This document shows positions 1 to 10,511 of a stretch of 20,000 nucleotides of DNA, one piece after another (the first letter of the stretch is position 1; each line of letters opens with the position of its first letter). The stretch comes from Catajapyx aquilonaris (lineage: Eukaryota). A model generated the notes under the pieces. That model was not told where the DNA came from, made no database searches, and saw nothing but the letters and a program-made list of their open reading frames with translations. The stretch lies in NCBI GenBank assembly GCA_000934665.2, contig JYFJ02001411.1:60972-80971 (forward strand), given 5' to 3'. Both the position numbers and the translations under genes were made by a program.

Positions 1-816
1 TGAATGAAATTATTCCAGGGAAATAGATCTCTCGTTTCCGTTCTGCTCATGCGGACTCAAAGTCCCTTCAGGCTCAAACCAGGAATAGTATACAGTCAGG
101 CTCCACAAGCGTACCATACCTTTATACATAAATGACAGAATAAGTGTCGCCACATGAATCTGAATATCTCACATTCTGTCTAGTTGAAAACATCACTTTT
201 TTATTACAAGTCGAGCAAATGGTATGTAAAAAAATTCATATAAGCCCTAAGTGCGATGTTATGTTTATTGTAGGTGTTAAATCACACTTTCGTAGACGTT
301 TGCGCAGTTCTGGTTCACTTGAAATTTATATCTGGTCTTTGCATAAAATATTACATTGGTCTGTCTGGGGGCCAAATGGTTTTAACTTTTGCAACCAGTA
401 TTGGAAAAAGTCCAACAGACGGATTCAACGCTCTAACAAATGCGGGGATATACTGATGGTTCCAGAGGGTGGGCATCACGACAGAAGAAGAATAATAAAA
501 AATTCCTTTCCATGTAGCACCGCGATAAATCCACTCCATGCCACATGCGCTAACTACTTCCAATACTTTCAGAGATATCTACGGGTGGTAACGGAAGATG
601 CTCCATGGTATAAGTTCAGAGGTAGCTTCGATTGGCACCTCTGTATAAATATACCCGGTGGAGCCAAACTTCCTGTAACGATGCTGGATCCTTCCTACAG
701 GTGGGTTAGTAGTGAAAATTGCCAGCGGTTTGAAGAAGATAGAGCATCAAGCTTATGGATTAATTAGATAGATGCGCGGCCTGAGACAAAGAGCTGCTCA
801 AATTCATGGTACTTAC

Positions 817-831
817 AAGAGATTCCTTTCC
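817..831 (-). CDS. RyR: RyR 15-nt microexon (GKESL, residues 87-91), probably alternatively spliced
   Basis: Minus strand reads tgctgctatttgttccttgcag|GGAAAGGAATCTCTT|gtaagt; frame-preserving and phase 0. It matches in position and sequence the optional GKENL insert recalled from lepidopteran RyRs after ...GSET. Confidence 0.85.
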
Positions 832-3800
832 CTGCAAGGAACAAATAGCAGCATTTTCACATCAGGCACACTATCCTATTAAAATTATTGGGACGCGCAC
901 TAATTCTAATAACTAGAGGGAGTTGGTATCTCTCGCCGATATCATGCGCGTCGCTAAAGCGCATCGCGTCAAGTAACGTCAAGAGATATCAATTCCCTAA
1001 CTAAATTTGTCCACCAAAGTTAATAAAACCATACCAAGGGCAGTGGTGATTACAGGGTGCGATATGGGCACCAGTTAGGTTATATTTTGAGGGATGCCTC
1101 CAGAGAGTTCATCCGCATGAGGTCTTACAAATTAGTCCTAATTAGATGAAGGTTAATTGGGTGGTTCAAACCAGTAATCACGCCTCGTCTTCGCCATGAG
1201 CCACCTACCTGCCCCATTGATTTGTGCGCTTTAATGGACTCAGGTTCATTTTAAAGCACCTTTTCATCTAAACCAAAACCGATTATTTTGTGCAAACATC
1301 CTGAGCACTAAGGTTTACATAAGATTTCATCAACCGCTATATTTGAGTACATCTTGGATGAAAATTTTTGCAAAACTTTGCTTGACAAACCCTCCTACAC
1401 ATCCGGAAATTAAGCCAAAAAATTAATACACTTTCCGCTCATTAGTGTACTCATAGTCATAATAAAACACCACAGCCTGTCCAAGTTTGCAAGCAGTGCC
1501 ACTACATGTTTTTGTCATTTAACCAATTTTGCTCCAATTTTCCTCCAACAAGCCCCTGCTGAAAACATCCTCCATGTAATTAATGTCTGCCACCCTCGTT
1601 CAGAAAACTCTGGAAGAGCTAGATAAGCGAGAAGAAAATCCCTCCAGCCTCTAATTTCATATAGGTTCTCTCCTTTTTTCCATTTTTCCTTCTTTCTCTA
1701 CTTTCTCTCTCTCGCAGGCGCTAACGATCTTTCCTGTCTGAGATAGTCCATCACTATCTGCCTTCCTCATTCCCGGAATTTCAGTTTACAGCCTTTGGCG
1801 AGAGAAGCCCTTCAAAGCGAGACCCCGGCTGGAAATGCCTCCTGCTTCATTAGGTAAAGCTCTAACCTAAAGCCTAGTTTCCCTGTTCCTTCGAATTGAC
1901 TTCAACCCAGTTGGTCTGGGTCATATGTAAACACCTTGTGAGATTGCTTTTCACACCATCGCAATGCGGTATTACCTACTAAGAGGAATATAAATCGGTA
2001 GTACAATACAAGAGCCATATTGGTAATAAATGTCGGAATAGTTGGCCGAATTATAATGCAAAGGAGTATAGGAACCCCCTTTGAGCATGTGCCCCTGCCA
2101 CTCACAAAGAAGGATTCCAATCAATTGTGATTGGGAAACGTGATCAAAGTGCGTCCCAGATCTGCATTCAAAGCAGGTGTAATGAGATCCAATTTATTTA
2201 AAAAAAAATGGGACGCAAATATTCCTGCAAAATCGCTTTTTCATTACGTTCCATTTTAGTGCGCACAGACAATTAAACAATCATTTGCAGCGATTTCCAG
2301 TGAATCGATACAGTCAAAAAATTTTTAGCAAGGTCACTTAAATCATCAAATATTTTGCAAAAAAAATCAGGGCTCCCGCTGTGATAAATCAATTTCCCAT
2401 GCCCCAGATTAATAAAAAAATCCTGCGTACCTCGCCCCTTTTCAATTCGATCTAGTACTATGCACCATTACGCATGACGCAATGCACCTAGATATCCCCC
2501 ACAAAAAAAACCTCTCTAAAAATCCTATCCCAGCTGAATACACAACCGCTTTAAAAATAGTAAAACCGCTCCAACCTTCATCCCCGCAAACCCTATCCAT
2601 TGTGTGAAATCTCCCATTGCATTTTAATCACATTCCCAGCCTAATGTGAGCCCGAATCTGTCTCCTAATTGCAACACATACATGTTGTACTTTACGAAAC
2701 CTGACACCTTTCATAAATGCAATTACACCCTCATTCTTCTGCTCAACCTCCAAACATTTTGCACATTTGCCTCCAGGTGCAATTGCCCTGATTGCAACCT
2801 GAGGCCATCGCATTAATTATCCCTGAAGGTAGTTGAGTTGCAAATGTATGACCAACATTGACCACATAAAACTTGTAGTAGCCTACCGCATTGCAATTCC
2901 ACCTATCGCAATGACTCCATCAATTGCATTAAATTGGCAACCCTCTAGAGCTGGGCGTGAGAAGTGTTACATAAAAGTTGGATAACCGAGTCGAATCGAT
3001 CCACCAAAGAGAAGCTTGCATATAGCAGAAGAGGTGGGAGACCTCTACCAAATATCATGGGATGTTGTGCACTCACCGTCTCGCTTCCGGAAGCTGTCAC
3101 CAGCTCCTGAAGAGCTCGTACCGACAAAGCCTGCTCGATCACAAACACACATTGCGATAGATCAGGTGGATAGTTCTGCAAATAAGAAGAAAAAAAAAAA
3201 TATTTTGAATAACAGTATTTCATGGTCGCTTAGTTTCTATGATCGATCTAGTGTGACACTCACCTGCATTTAACCGTTTTATGGAGCGATTCATCACGCT
3301 TTTTGGTGTGGGTATGCTCAAGGTGCAGCACGACTGTCCTTCAACTAACCTGCATGTGTCAGGGGCAATTCGATACCCACAACCAGTATGTTGCATGTGC
3401 TCATATTAAAACGGCGACCATTGTGCGTTGGCATGTAAATGTTGTAAACGCAAATGAGTTATTACGGCAACACATGCTTTTTCGTCATAAACTTGACCGT
3501 CAGCTGGAGGCTCCAGCAGTAAACTTTCATCATACCAACTTTTCAAGTTACAAACAATGTGTTTTGATACCCTACAAAACTAATTTCATCACAGCTCAGA
3601 GCTTCAATTATTATTCCAGACTCCAACTTGCAAACTTCCTAAGCATTCGCGTAATCAACTATCCTTCTGGAATTGCTATATTAATTCGCAGGAAGTATGC
3701 CATGGCCAAATTAAACCAAGTTTGGCTCGCAAATCTTACGCCACACTGCCTTATTGAACACATGTCCTCCGGATGATCTCCAAGGATCTGATCCCAAATT

Positions 3801-6800
3801 TCAAGTCACGTGTATGACCCACTCAAAAATCCGACTTGCTGTCCATTTGAAAAGCTAATGTCAGACTTATGCAGGACTTACCTCCTGTTTGTGATGTCGG
3901 AAAACTAACCTGAGGTGGATGCAAATTATCGATTTCCCTTGGTCACAGCTGGGGAAGCTCTGAGAATACTGTCACACGCAAAGTGTAGAAGGTTTCACAT
4001 GAATAAAACGGTTCTTCTTATGGGACCCTGCCTTTTTAGCAGGACTGGTATTGACCAGGGGTCAATCCGAGTGGATTTGCATTTAAATTGGGTGTTCAGC
4101 CCCCCAGTGGTATTTCACCCGAATGGTGCAGGATTCACAGGGGTTTTCCAGAATTTCGAGCAGGATTGTCTGGTACATATGGGTAGGCATAATTAATGAG
4201 TCTGGTTGAAGATTAGTTCCTCTATTTGCAAAAGAAAAATGGCGCTTTTCCTTCCGAAAAACCTTTTGTAGGAATTGGGTCATTTGCAGTGTTTCTTAAT
4301 AATGTCAAAATACCTCCAGGACTCAATATGTCAGAAACGTGCCATTATCTTCATTACTATGCCTTTTGTGCACCACTTACTGATGGAACAGTGGGAAAAA
4401 AGAACTGACAGGCCTACTTAATAAATACGTTGAGTTCACTACCTTGACATTTGTACACGTGGAATAATTAGGGTAATGATTTACACTCCAGCAGTTCCGG
4501 GTTACCTGAAATCATGAAATCGTTACGCGCTTTAGTTGGAGTCAGATGACCACGTGACCGGAATGTCACTTGGATTATCCGCCTGCTGATTTGTGGTCAA
4601 AAATGTGACTGAATTGTATTACGCTGTCAACTATAATAGTGAAGAATTAGCCTCTGCACATATGCGCAATACGCCTATCCTAATCACTGGATGTGCCCAG
4701 TTAAATTATCGATTTTGACAGGTACTCCAAGAATACGCCTCGGTACACTATAATGCTGCAGCCCCCTAAGTACAAAATGATCACTACATTATTATTTGCT
4801 ATATTGATTGAAGATTGTCACTGCACGAAGTTTTAAAAAATCCATGCTATCTCTTAATAATCCAGTCAATGTTCCTCTGAACACAGCCATTGTCATCCGA
4901 CCGGAGACATCTTCATCTACCATAGCATGATACCCCCAAAGAAAACCGCAGGCCGAATCCGGCATAATAACCTGCCTATTAAAACAGTCCAGTACAGAAG
5001 CAGTACACAAAAGGTACAGCAGCTCAATACAAAATTTTGTTCTACGCAATCCTTATTGTGCAGACATCAGGCCACTCCGATAGTGCACAATAGAGTAGAC
5101 AGGGTGCAAAGCGCGGCAACGTGGGGAGTCAATGTGTCCTTGTGTAGTCAGCATATAGTGGGTGGAATATTCGACCGCCATGATTTTCTCAGTTTCGCTG
5201 AACGAGTTCGCTCGATTGCACCTTTTATACGGCCAAATACCACCCATTCTGTCTATTCCACAGAAAGCGAGAAGATGAGAAAAATATATCAGCACAAAAT
5301 GGAAACGAAAATCACATTGGCAAGGTTTCCATTTCAGGCACTACATACAGTATTTCAATTGAAGCATCCCTTTGAAGTTGGCGAATTTTCTATAGAAAAT
5401 TCGCCAACTTCAAACGGATGCTTATCATATATGATAAGCTGTTTATCAGTATGCAGTTACCTACTCGGAATATCAAATGTTGTAGCTTGCAAAATAATGG
5501 GTTCCACCTTCTGAATGCCTTTACTCGGTGTAATATTACTGTTTGAAAAACAACTTCTTAAAAATTAACCCACACTTACAATTACAAGCCTAATTGCATA
5601 AAAAATTCCAGTAAATATTCACAATACATAATTAAAAATTAAATTTAAATTTAAGTTACAGTACAGGTATTTCACTATAAATTTGAACCACCTGAGTTGT
5701 TCCAGTAGAAACCTGGCAACATTAACGACATGAGATCCTTATAAGTAATAAACTCCGTCAGGTGTAGAAACCTGCAGACCGTGAAATAGCATCAAAGGCT
5801 TACCTTATCGGCAATGTTCTCCAGGAAGCAGTGTCGGTTACCAAAACCTTCAGCCGCCAAGCAGACTCGTTCGCCGGTCGCTGTACACGAAAGACATACC
5901 ATGTCTTCCTGCAATTACAGAGAGTCCCAATTAGCGCAAGTCGTGCAAATCTTATTATTTAGGTTAACCTTTATTGGCGATATCGACTTTCAGCGTATGT
6001 GGACGACGTCCCTTGAGGGATACGTGTACAATAATGGATGAGCCCCCGTTTCATAGGTTAGCACAACACTATCCAATATTCATACAAATATGAAAGATAG
6101 GCGAGTATTCGATATTCAACAGCAGCCATGGATACCCGCAGGAATTTAGCACGGGGGATGGTAATGAAACTGGCTAAGCGGTTAAATTCATCCGAAACCT
6201 TGGTATATCATAACCATAACATTGTACGAGTTCACGTCATATAAGATACATTTATTCATAAAGTTGGTACCGTACATCAGTAGCACTTTGTTACTGAGAA
6301 AATGGTTGGGCTGTTATATTCTCCAGGCTATATTACGCAGTAACCTGGTTATGCATATACGAATTTTCAATTCTGCGGCAAACCTCGAGGCCGTAATGGG
6401 TCAGCATAAAACCAATAATAGACCGTATGTACGCATCACTTTATCTTAATATGAACTTTAAGGAACCGCAAATATTATGCATCACACAACAGAAACCAAA
6501 CTGCGATTATAAAATTATAAGGACAATACAATGTGTATACCTGAATATGCAAATGTTGGCCCAATTAGGGCAATTCAACATCCACCCAAAAACACCTGCT
6601 CAGTATTCACTCAAAGGCTCGAATGCAGGCCATTAGACCTCCAAAAAAAGCATAAAATGCAAATTAGCCTGATAACCAATTCCCCTCGCACTAATTCAAA
6701 TCCGCAGAGCTAAAACCCCCCCAACTAGTTTCGTCCTCTAACAAAGTTACCTCTGTCCCACATTTTATTAAAACCTTTTTAAAAAACCAGTCTGAGCAGA

Positions 6801-9684
6801 AAAAATTCGTCTCTCTTCTCGACAACTCATACTGTAGTTTTGGATGACGAAACAAGTGCCTAACATTCCATCTGACCTGAGGGGCACTTGTGCCAGAGAG
6901 ATCTGGACTCTGTCCCAGTTTTGTTTGAAACCAGACGGAAGTGGAAACTCCAGTAGAAGTTGGCCAAAAAACCAATAGACTCCTGTGGACATTGGACTGA
7001 AAATCACTACCACTAGTCACTACAAATTGCAAGGATCCTCGCCTCCAACTTTGAACCTGTGATACTAAAACAAAAAGTTGTCTTCAACTTTCCTCTAAAA
7101 AATCAATCGCTCGCAGCCGAATCTAATTTCGCCGACTCTTGTTGATTCATCTGATTGCAGCTCCATATTATCGAGTGTGGGACATTGCCTAGGTATCTCG
7201 GCCAGGGTTAAAGGTTGCGATTTATTGCCCCCAACCCGCCCCCCATCCTGCGGGCATAACAGTGTGTTCCGCCAATGTCCCTATAGCGCTCTCCCTTGCG
7301 AAGCCAACAAAATAGCTGGAGAGCAGAAGAAGGATATTTATTTCGGTCCGCTAGATGAGCCTCTGCTAAATCCGGATTCCTAGGCCAGCACTGCAACTCT
7401 GGTCCCCCCCGCTATTTGGAGCACTTACATTTCCTGACGTCCCCAAACTCTTTCCCGACGCCAATATCCACTATATAGTATGAGTCAGAAAAAAACACTG
7501 CAAAATCTGGTCCATCCCTACCTTGTTTTGATCATAAAGCAATTTTCGGGAGGTTCTGGTTCGTCGGAGTTCTGCAGCATTTTGTCATTTAACGTCATGG
7601 CGGTGAAGCATATCACCCGACGGTGCCATAAACTGAATTATCTGGCCGTTGCCGTGACCAGCTATGAATTTATAGTGTCGCATGTTGCTGGGTATAAAGA
7701 AAATGCCAGGGTATGCCAGCACGTCAGGTTCTCTTGGGCAGAGGTAAACAAGCCTCCCTCATCCACCCCAGCTCTACAGTAACACAATGCTAATTTTAAA
7801 CTGAACAGTCGATATACCAAGAGGCTACATCCAACGTTGAAGAAATGCGGCGACAAGTGACAAATCCGGCTGTTAATAGCTGCTATTAGGTCAGGATATG
7901 AAAACGGGTGTGAGCATGGGTTTTAAAATATATGATCGTAAATCACACCAGTAATGAGTCATCAGTTGGCTCATTATTGCCCAATCCTTAGCACAAACAT
8001 TGTTATAGTACTGGCTGATAATTTCCTGCAGCATGCCAATTGGCTGGCTATTTATTTTTTAATTTACACCGTAATGCTGACAAAATGCAAAATTACAGGG
8101 TGGCACATTGTGAAAGCTATGTTATTTTTGGTACAACATTCAGACAACTTTACGCTGACGTACCGGACTACCGTGTACAAGCCGGAACCCTTTGAAAGTA
8201 CAAAGTTTTGAGGCTGTCGTTCTTCCAAGTTATCGACCCCCCATAGATGTCATATCTGATGATGATCGGACCAAAGCCCCCAAAGAAAATAGGGTTTATG
8301 TGTTCCATAAAGAGGATCTTGATCTCTAGAAACTTCTAGGATCCCAGCCAAAAAAGGCAGTCGCCGCCACTCTTCCGTTGTTCAGTAGATGAAATAGAGC
8401 AGGCTACATTTTGGCAAAACTTTGCTACTGCAGGACCATAAGACCAGTTTTTTTTAAAAAAAAGTAGCGAACCCTCGCAGCAAGGTCACCAACGAAGTTA
8501 CTTCATTACTTTAAAAGCCTTGGGGATACTGCCCGGAGTTTGCTCCTAAATGAGATCAATAGTCTGCAATATTATTTACTATCATGCAATTGTGTACCCT
8601 ATAGACAAGTAAGCCTATTCATATTTTCGTTCCATCAAAATTGAAGGGATCGCCTAATGAGATAACCAATAAGCCCATTCAGCTAATGTATTTATGCCAG
8701 ACCGAACAAAAATGGGTCAGTAAAGCTTCAACCCTATTTAAAATCACGTCCATTAATACCACCATTTTCACACCATTTGTTGCATCGGACAGCCCATAAC
8801 AATAGCCCTTAAAATATTACGTGTCGAATCTTCCCAATATTGACAACCATGCAGTTTAGAACTGATTTCTGATGCTATTCATTTTGTACTACTCGCATTT
8901 CAATTATGGCTAATAAACCTCCACTTGGCCATCCCCCAAGATAAATTAAGCCAGGCCACCATATCCATCGGCTCTAGAATACTCCATCGGATGAATTTTT
9001 CATCAAGGTACTAGATGTAATGAGGTTGGTTGAAACGAGGCTGCCGGAGATTCTTTTCATAGGTCGGTAGGATTGTCCTCAGAGCTCGCAATCAGCCCAA
9101 TCTTAGCTCCCAGGGTCGACCCTTCCAAACACCCTAGCCAGAAAGTACGGCACAGATTTTTGTCAAAGAAAGGATTGTTATTGCGTGGCCATGGAGTGAT
9201 GGGTTCGGTGAACGGATGTATAATGTATAGGCCGATTGATAAGTGGGTTCAAGAAATCAATGCGAATATTGGTTGGCTATTTTTGTGGAGTGGTCTTAGG
9301 TACGGGTAAATACATTGTTGGTATAGGATAGGGTGTGAAATTTCAGTCAGATTTTTACGGGCATGGTGCAACCTACTGATAAACGGGTGTAAATTTCGGC
9401 ATGGTTTGCTCATATATATCAGTGTTTGGAACAACAATAGGTTCAAGCTCCTTCCAAAAATATCAGTTACGCCAAAAAAAAATACACGCCCAACTGAAAA
9501 TTACAGGAACTATTGGCAGTCACGTTCAGGAAGCATATTTTTGGCTCATGTATTTTCGCAAACAACACGGCCCATGAGATAATACGTTTGAAGGTGACTC
9601 CCTGTAAATCCTATACCTAATTAAACTTACCGTTCGTAAGAATGAAACATCATCCTGTTCGGATCCTCCTTCGTTTTCCGCCAT
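817..9684 (-). CDS. RyR: Ryanodine receptor, 5' part (N-terminal residues 1-91); gene continues beyond the left edge. Exons 9684-9631, 5908-5804, 3175-3077 and optional 831-817
   Basis: Joined exons translate to [91 protein letters not shown], nearly identical to the insect RyR N-terminus as recalled ([22 protein letters not shown]...). All junctions are GT-AG and phase 0. Confidence 0.97.
917..998. repeat. Small imperfect inverted repeat (17-bp arms), possible MITE remnant or hairpin
   Basis: AGGGAGTTGGTATCTCT (917-933) pairs with AGAGATATCAATTCCCT (982-998) at 15/17 Watson-Crick positions plus 2 G-T. Confidence 0.55.
3077..3175 (-). CDS. RyR: RyR coding exon 3 ([33 protein letters not shown])
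   Basis: Long U-tract then TTGCAG|AAC acceptor, donor ACG|GTGAGT; 99 nt; [22 protein letters not shown] motif. Confidence 0.97.
5362..5439. repeat. 62-bp near-perfect spacerless palindrome plus an overlapping 20-bp perfect palindrome
   Basis: 5362-5423 is centred on TTTTCTA|TAGAAAA with 30/31 pairs (single C/C mismatch at 5370/5415). 5420-5439 reads GCTTATCATA|TATGATAAGC. Confidence 0.9.
5804..5908 (-). CDS. RyR: RyR coding exon 2 ([35 protein letters not shown])
   Basis: Acceptor TTGCAG|GAA, donor AAG|GTAAGC; 105 nt; contains the conserved [15 protein letters not shown] motif. Confidence 0.97.
9631..9684 (-). CDS. RyR: RyR coding exon 1 ([18 protein letters not shown])
   Basis: ATG at 9684 in a good context (GACATGG); 54 nt; donor ACG|GTAAGT. 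Confidence 0.96.
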
Positions 9685-10511
9685 GTCTCCAAATGCACGA
9701 GGTCACCCTCCTTATGGCAATCCGGTGACCTGTGCCTTTTTGACCAGTAACTGAACTTTCACTGCAACACTTATATCACCCCACCTCACAGCACAGCACC
9801 GCACAGCACCGCATCCAAACCGGTCTCTCCAGCCCCCCCTTGAAAAGACCGGTCCGTGTGCTGCCCCGTCCTGCAGCAGACTGCAACTCGGGCCGTGGCT
9901 GCACTCGACGCCCACCAGCCCTGGAAACGTCTCGACGCCCGCGGCGGCGCCCACTATGCTTCCCTCCAAAATTTCAAACCTGCGAACACAATTGGAAATG
10001 TAGGGGTTCGGAATATATTTGCACCGTGATTTGCACCCACCTGATATGTGCTAGGAATGTGGGACGTAGATCGTGAGCTGTAGATTGTTTAGCGGTCGCA
10101 ATTTATTCATTAGTGATCCGAGCCAGCAATGGCTTTGGCAATGGGAGCCATTGTGGCAACTACAAGGCATCCAGTTAACCTTCCTTCCGTGCGGATACAG
10201 TGCGGATATCTTCAGCGGATACAGCCCCTATGGACCGAATGACTTTAGGGCACCGACTTTAGTCTAAGAAGCGTAAGTCGCAGTTGTAATGTGATTACGA
10301 AACTGGCCATCGTAACTTATGGGATGAGGGCCATGTGGTGTCACCGTGGGTGTCACGTAGAATCTGACTGAATCAAACATGGCGGACGAAACGCTCAATT
10401 TTCCTGTGAAGCAACATCGTTGGCGGTATGACTGAAGATGGCGGCGCACATGAAGGCCACCCTATGACTGGAGTTGGTTGGAAGAAGGGCGCTGATGAAA
10501 AAGACAGGGGC
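9685..10511. promoter_or_regulatory. Divergent (head-to-head) RyR / AP4M1 promoter and 5'UTR region, CpG-rich
   Basis: Opposing start codons at 9684 (-) and 10512 (+), 827 bp apart. GC/CpG-rich segment at about 9780-9960. YY1-like motifs AAGATGGCGGC at 10435-10445 and AACATGGCGG at 10376-10385. Transcription start sites were not determined. Confidence 0.6.

Noticed and set aside
655..715. Minus-strand TACTAAC branch point plus CTGTAG acceptor suggesting another RyR exon (EGSSIVTGSLAPP...)
   Set aside because: Nearby GT donors give 40 or 56 nt (frameshifting), and the peptide has no RyR similarity.
144..767. 207-aa + strand ORF
   Set aside because: GTG start, no recognisable motif, and antisense within a RyR intron; likely chance.
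1..810. Next constitutive RyR exon (GKGTGSGHRTLLYG...)
   Set aside because: Looked for and not found; it must lie left of the window.
2551..2560. MEF2-like site TTAAAAATAG in a RyR intron
   Set aside because: A single AT-rich match is expected by chance.
3303..4408. ORFs 3303-3776, 3915-4196 and 4226-4408 as a nested gene or transposase
   Set aside because: Non-ATG starts, no transposase or RT motifs, and no consistent splice structure.
9787..9815. (CACAG/CACCG)n short repeat in the RyR 5' region
   Set aside because: Low-complexity pentamer repeat with no evidence of function.
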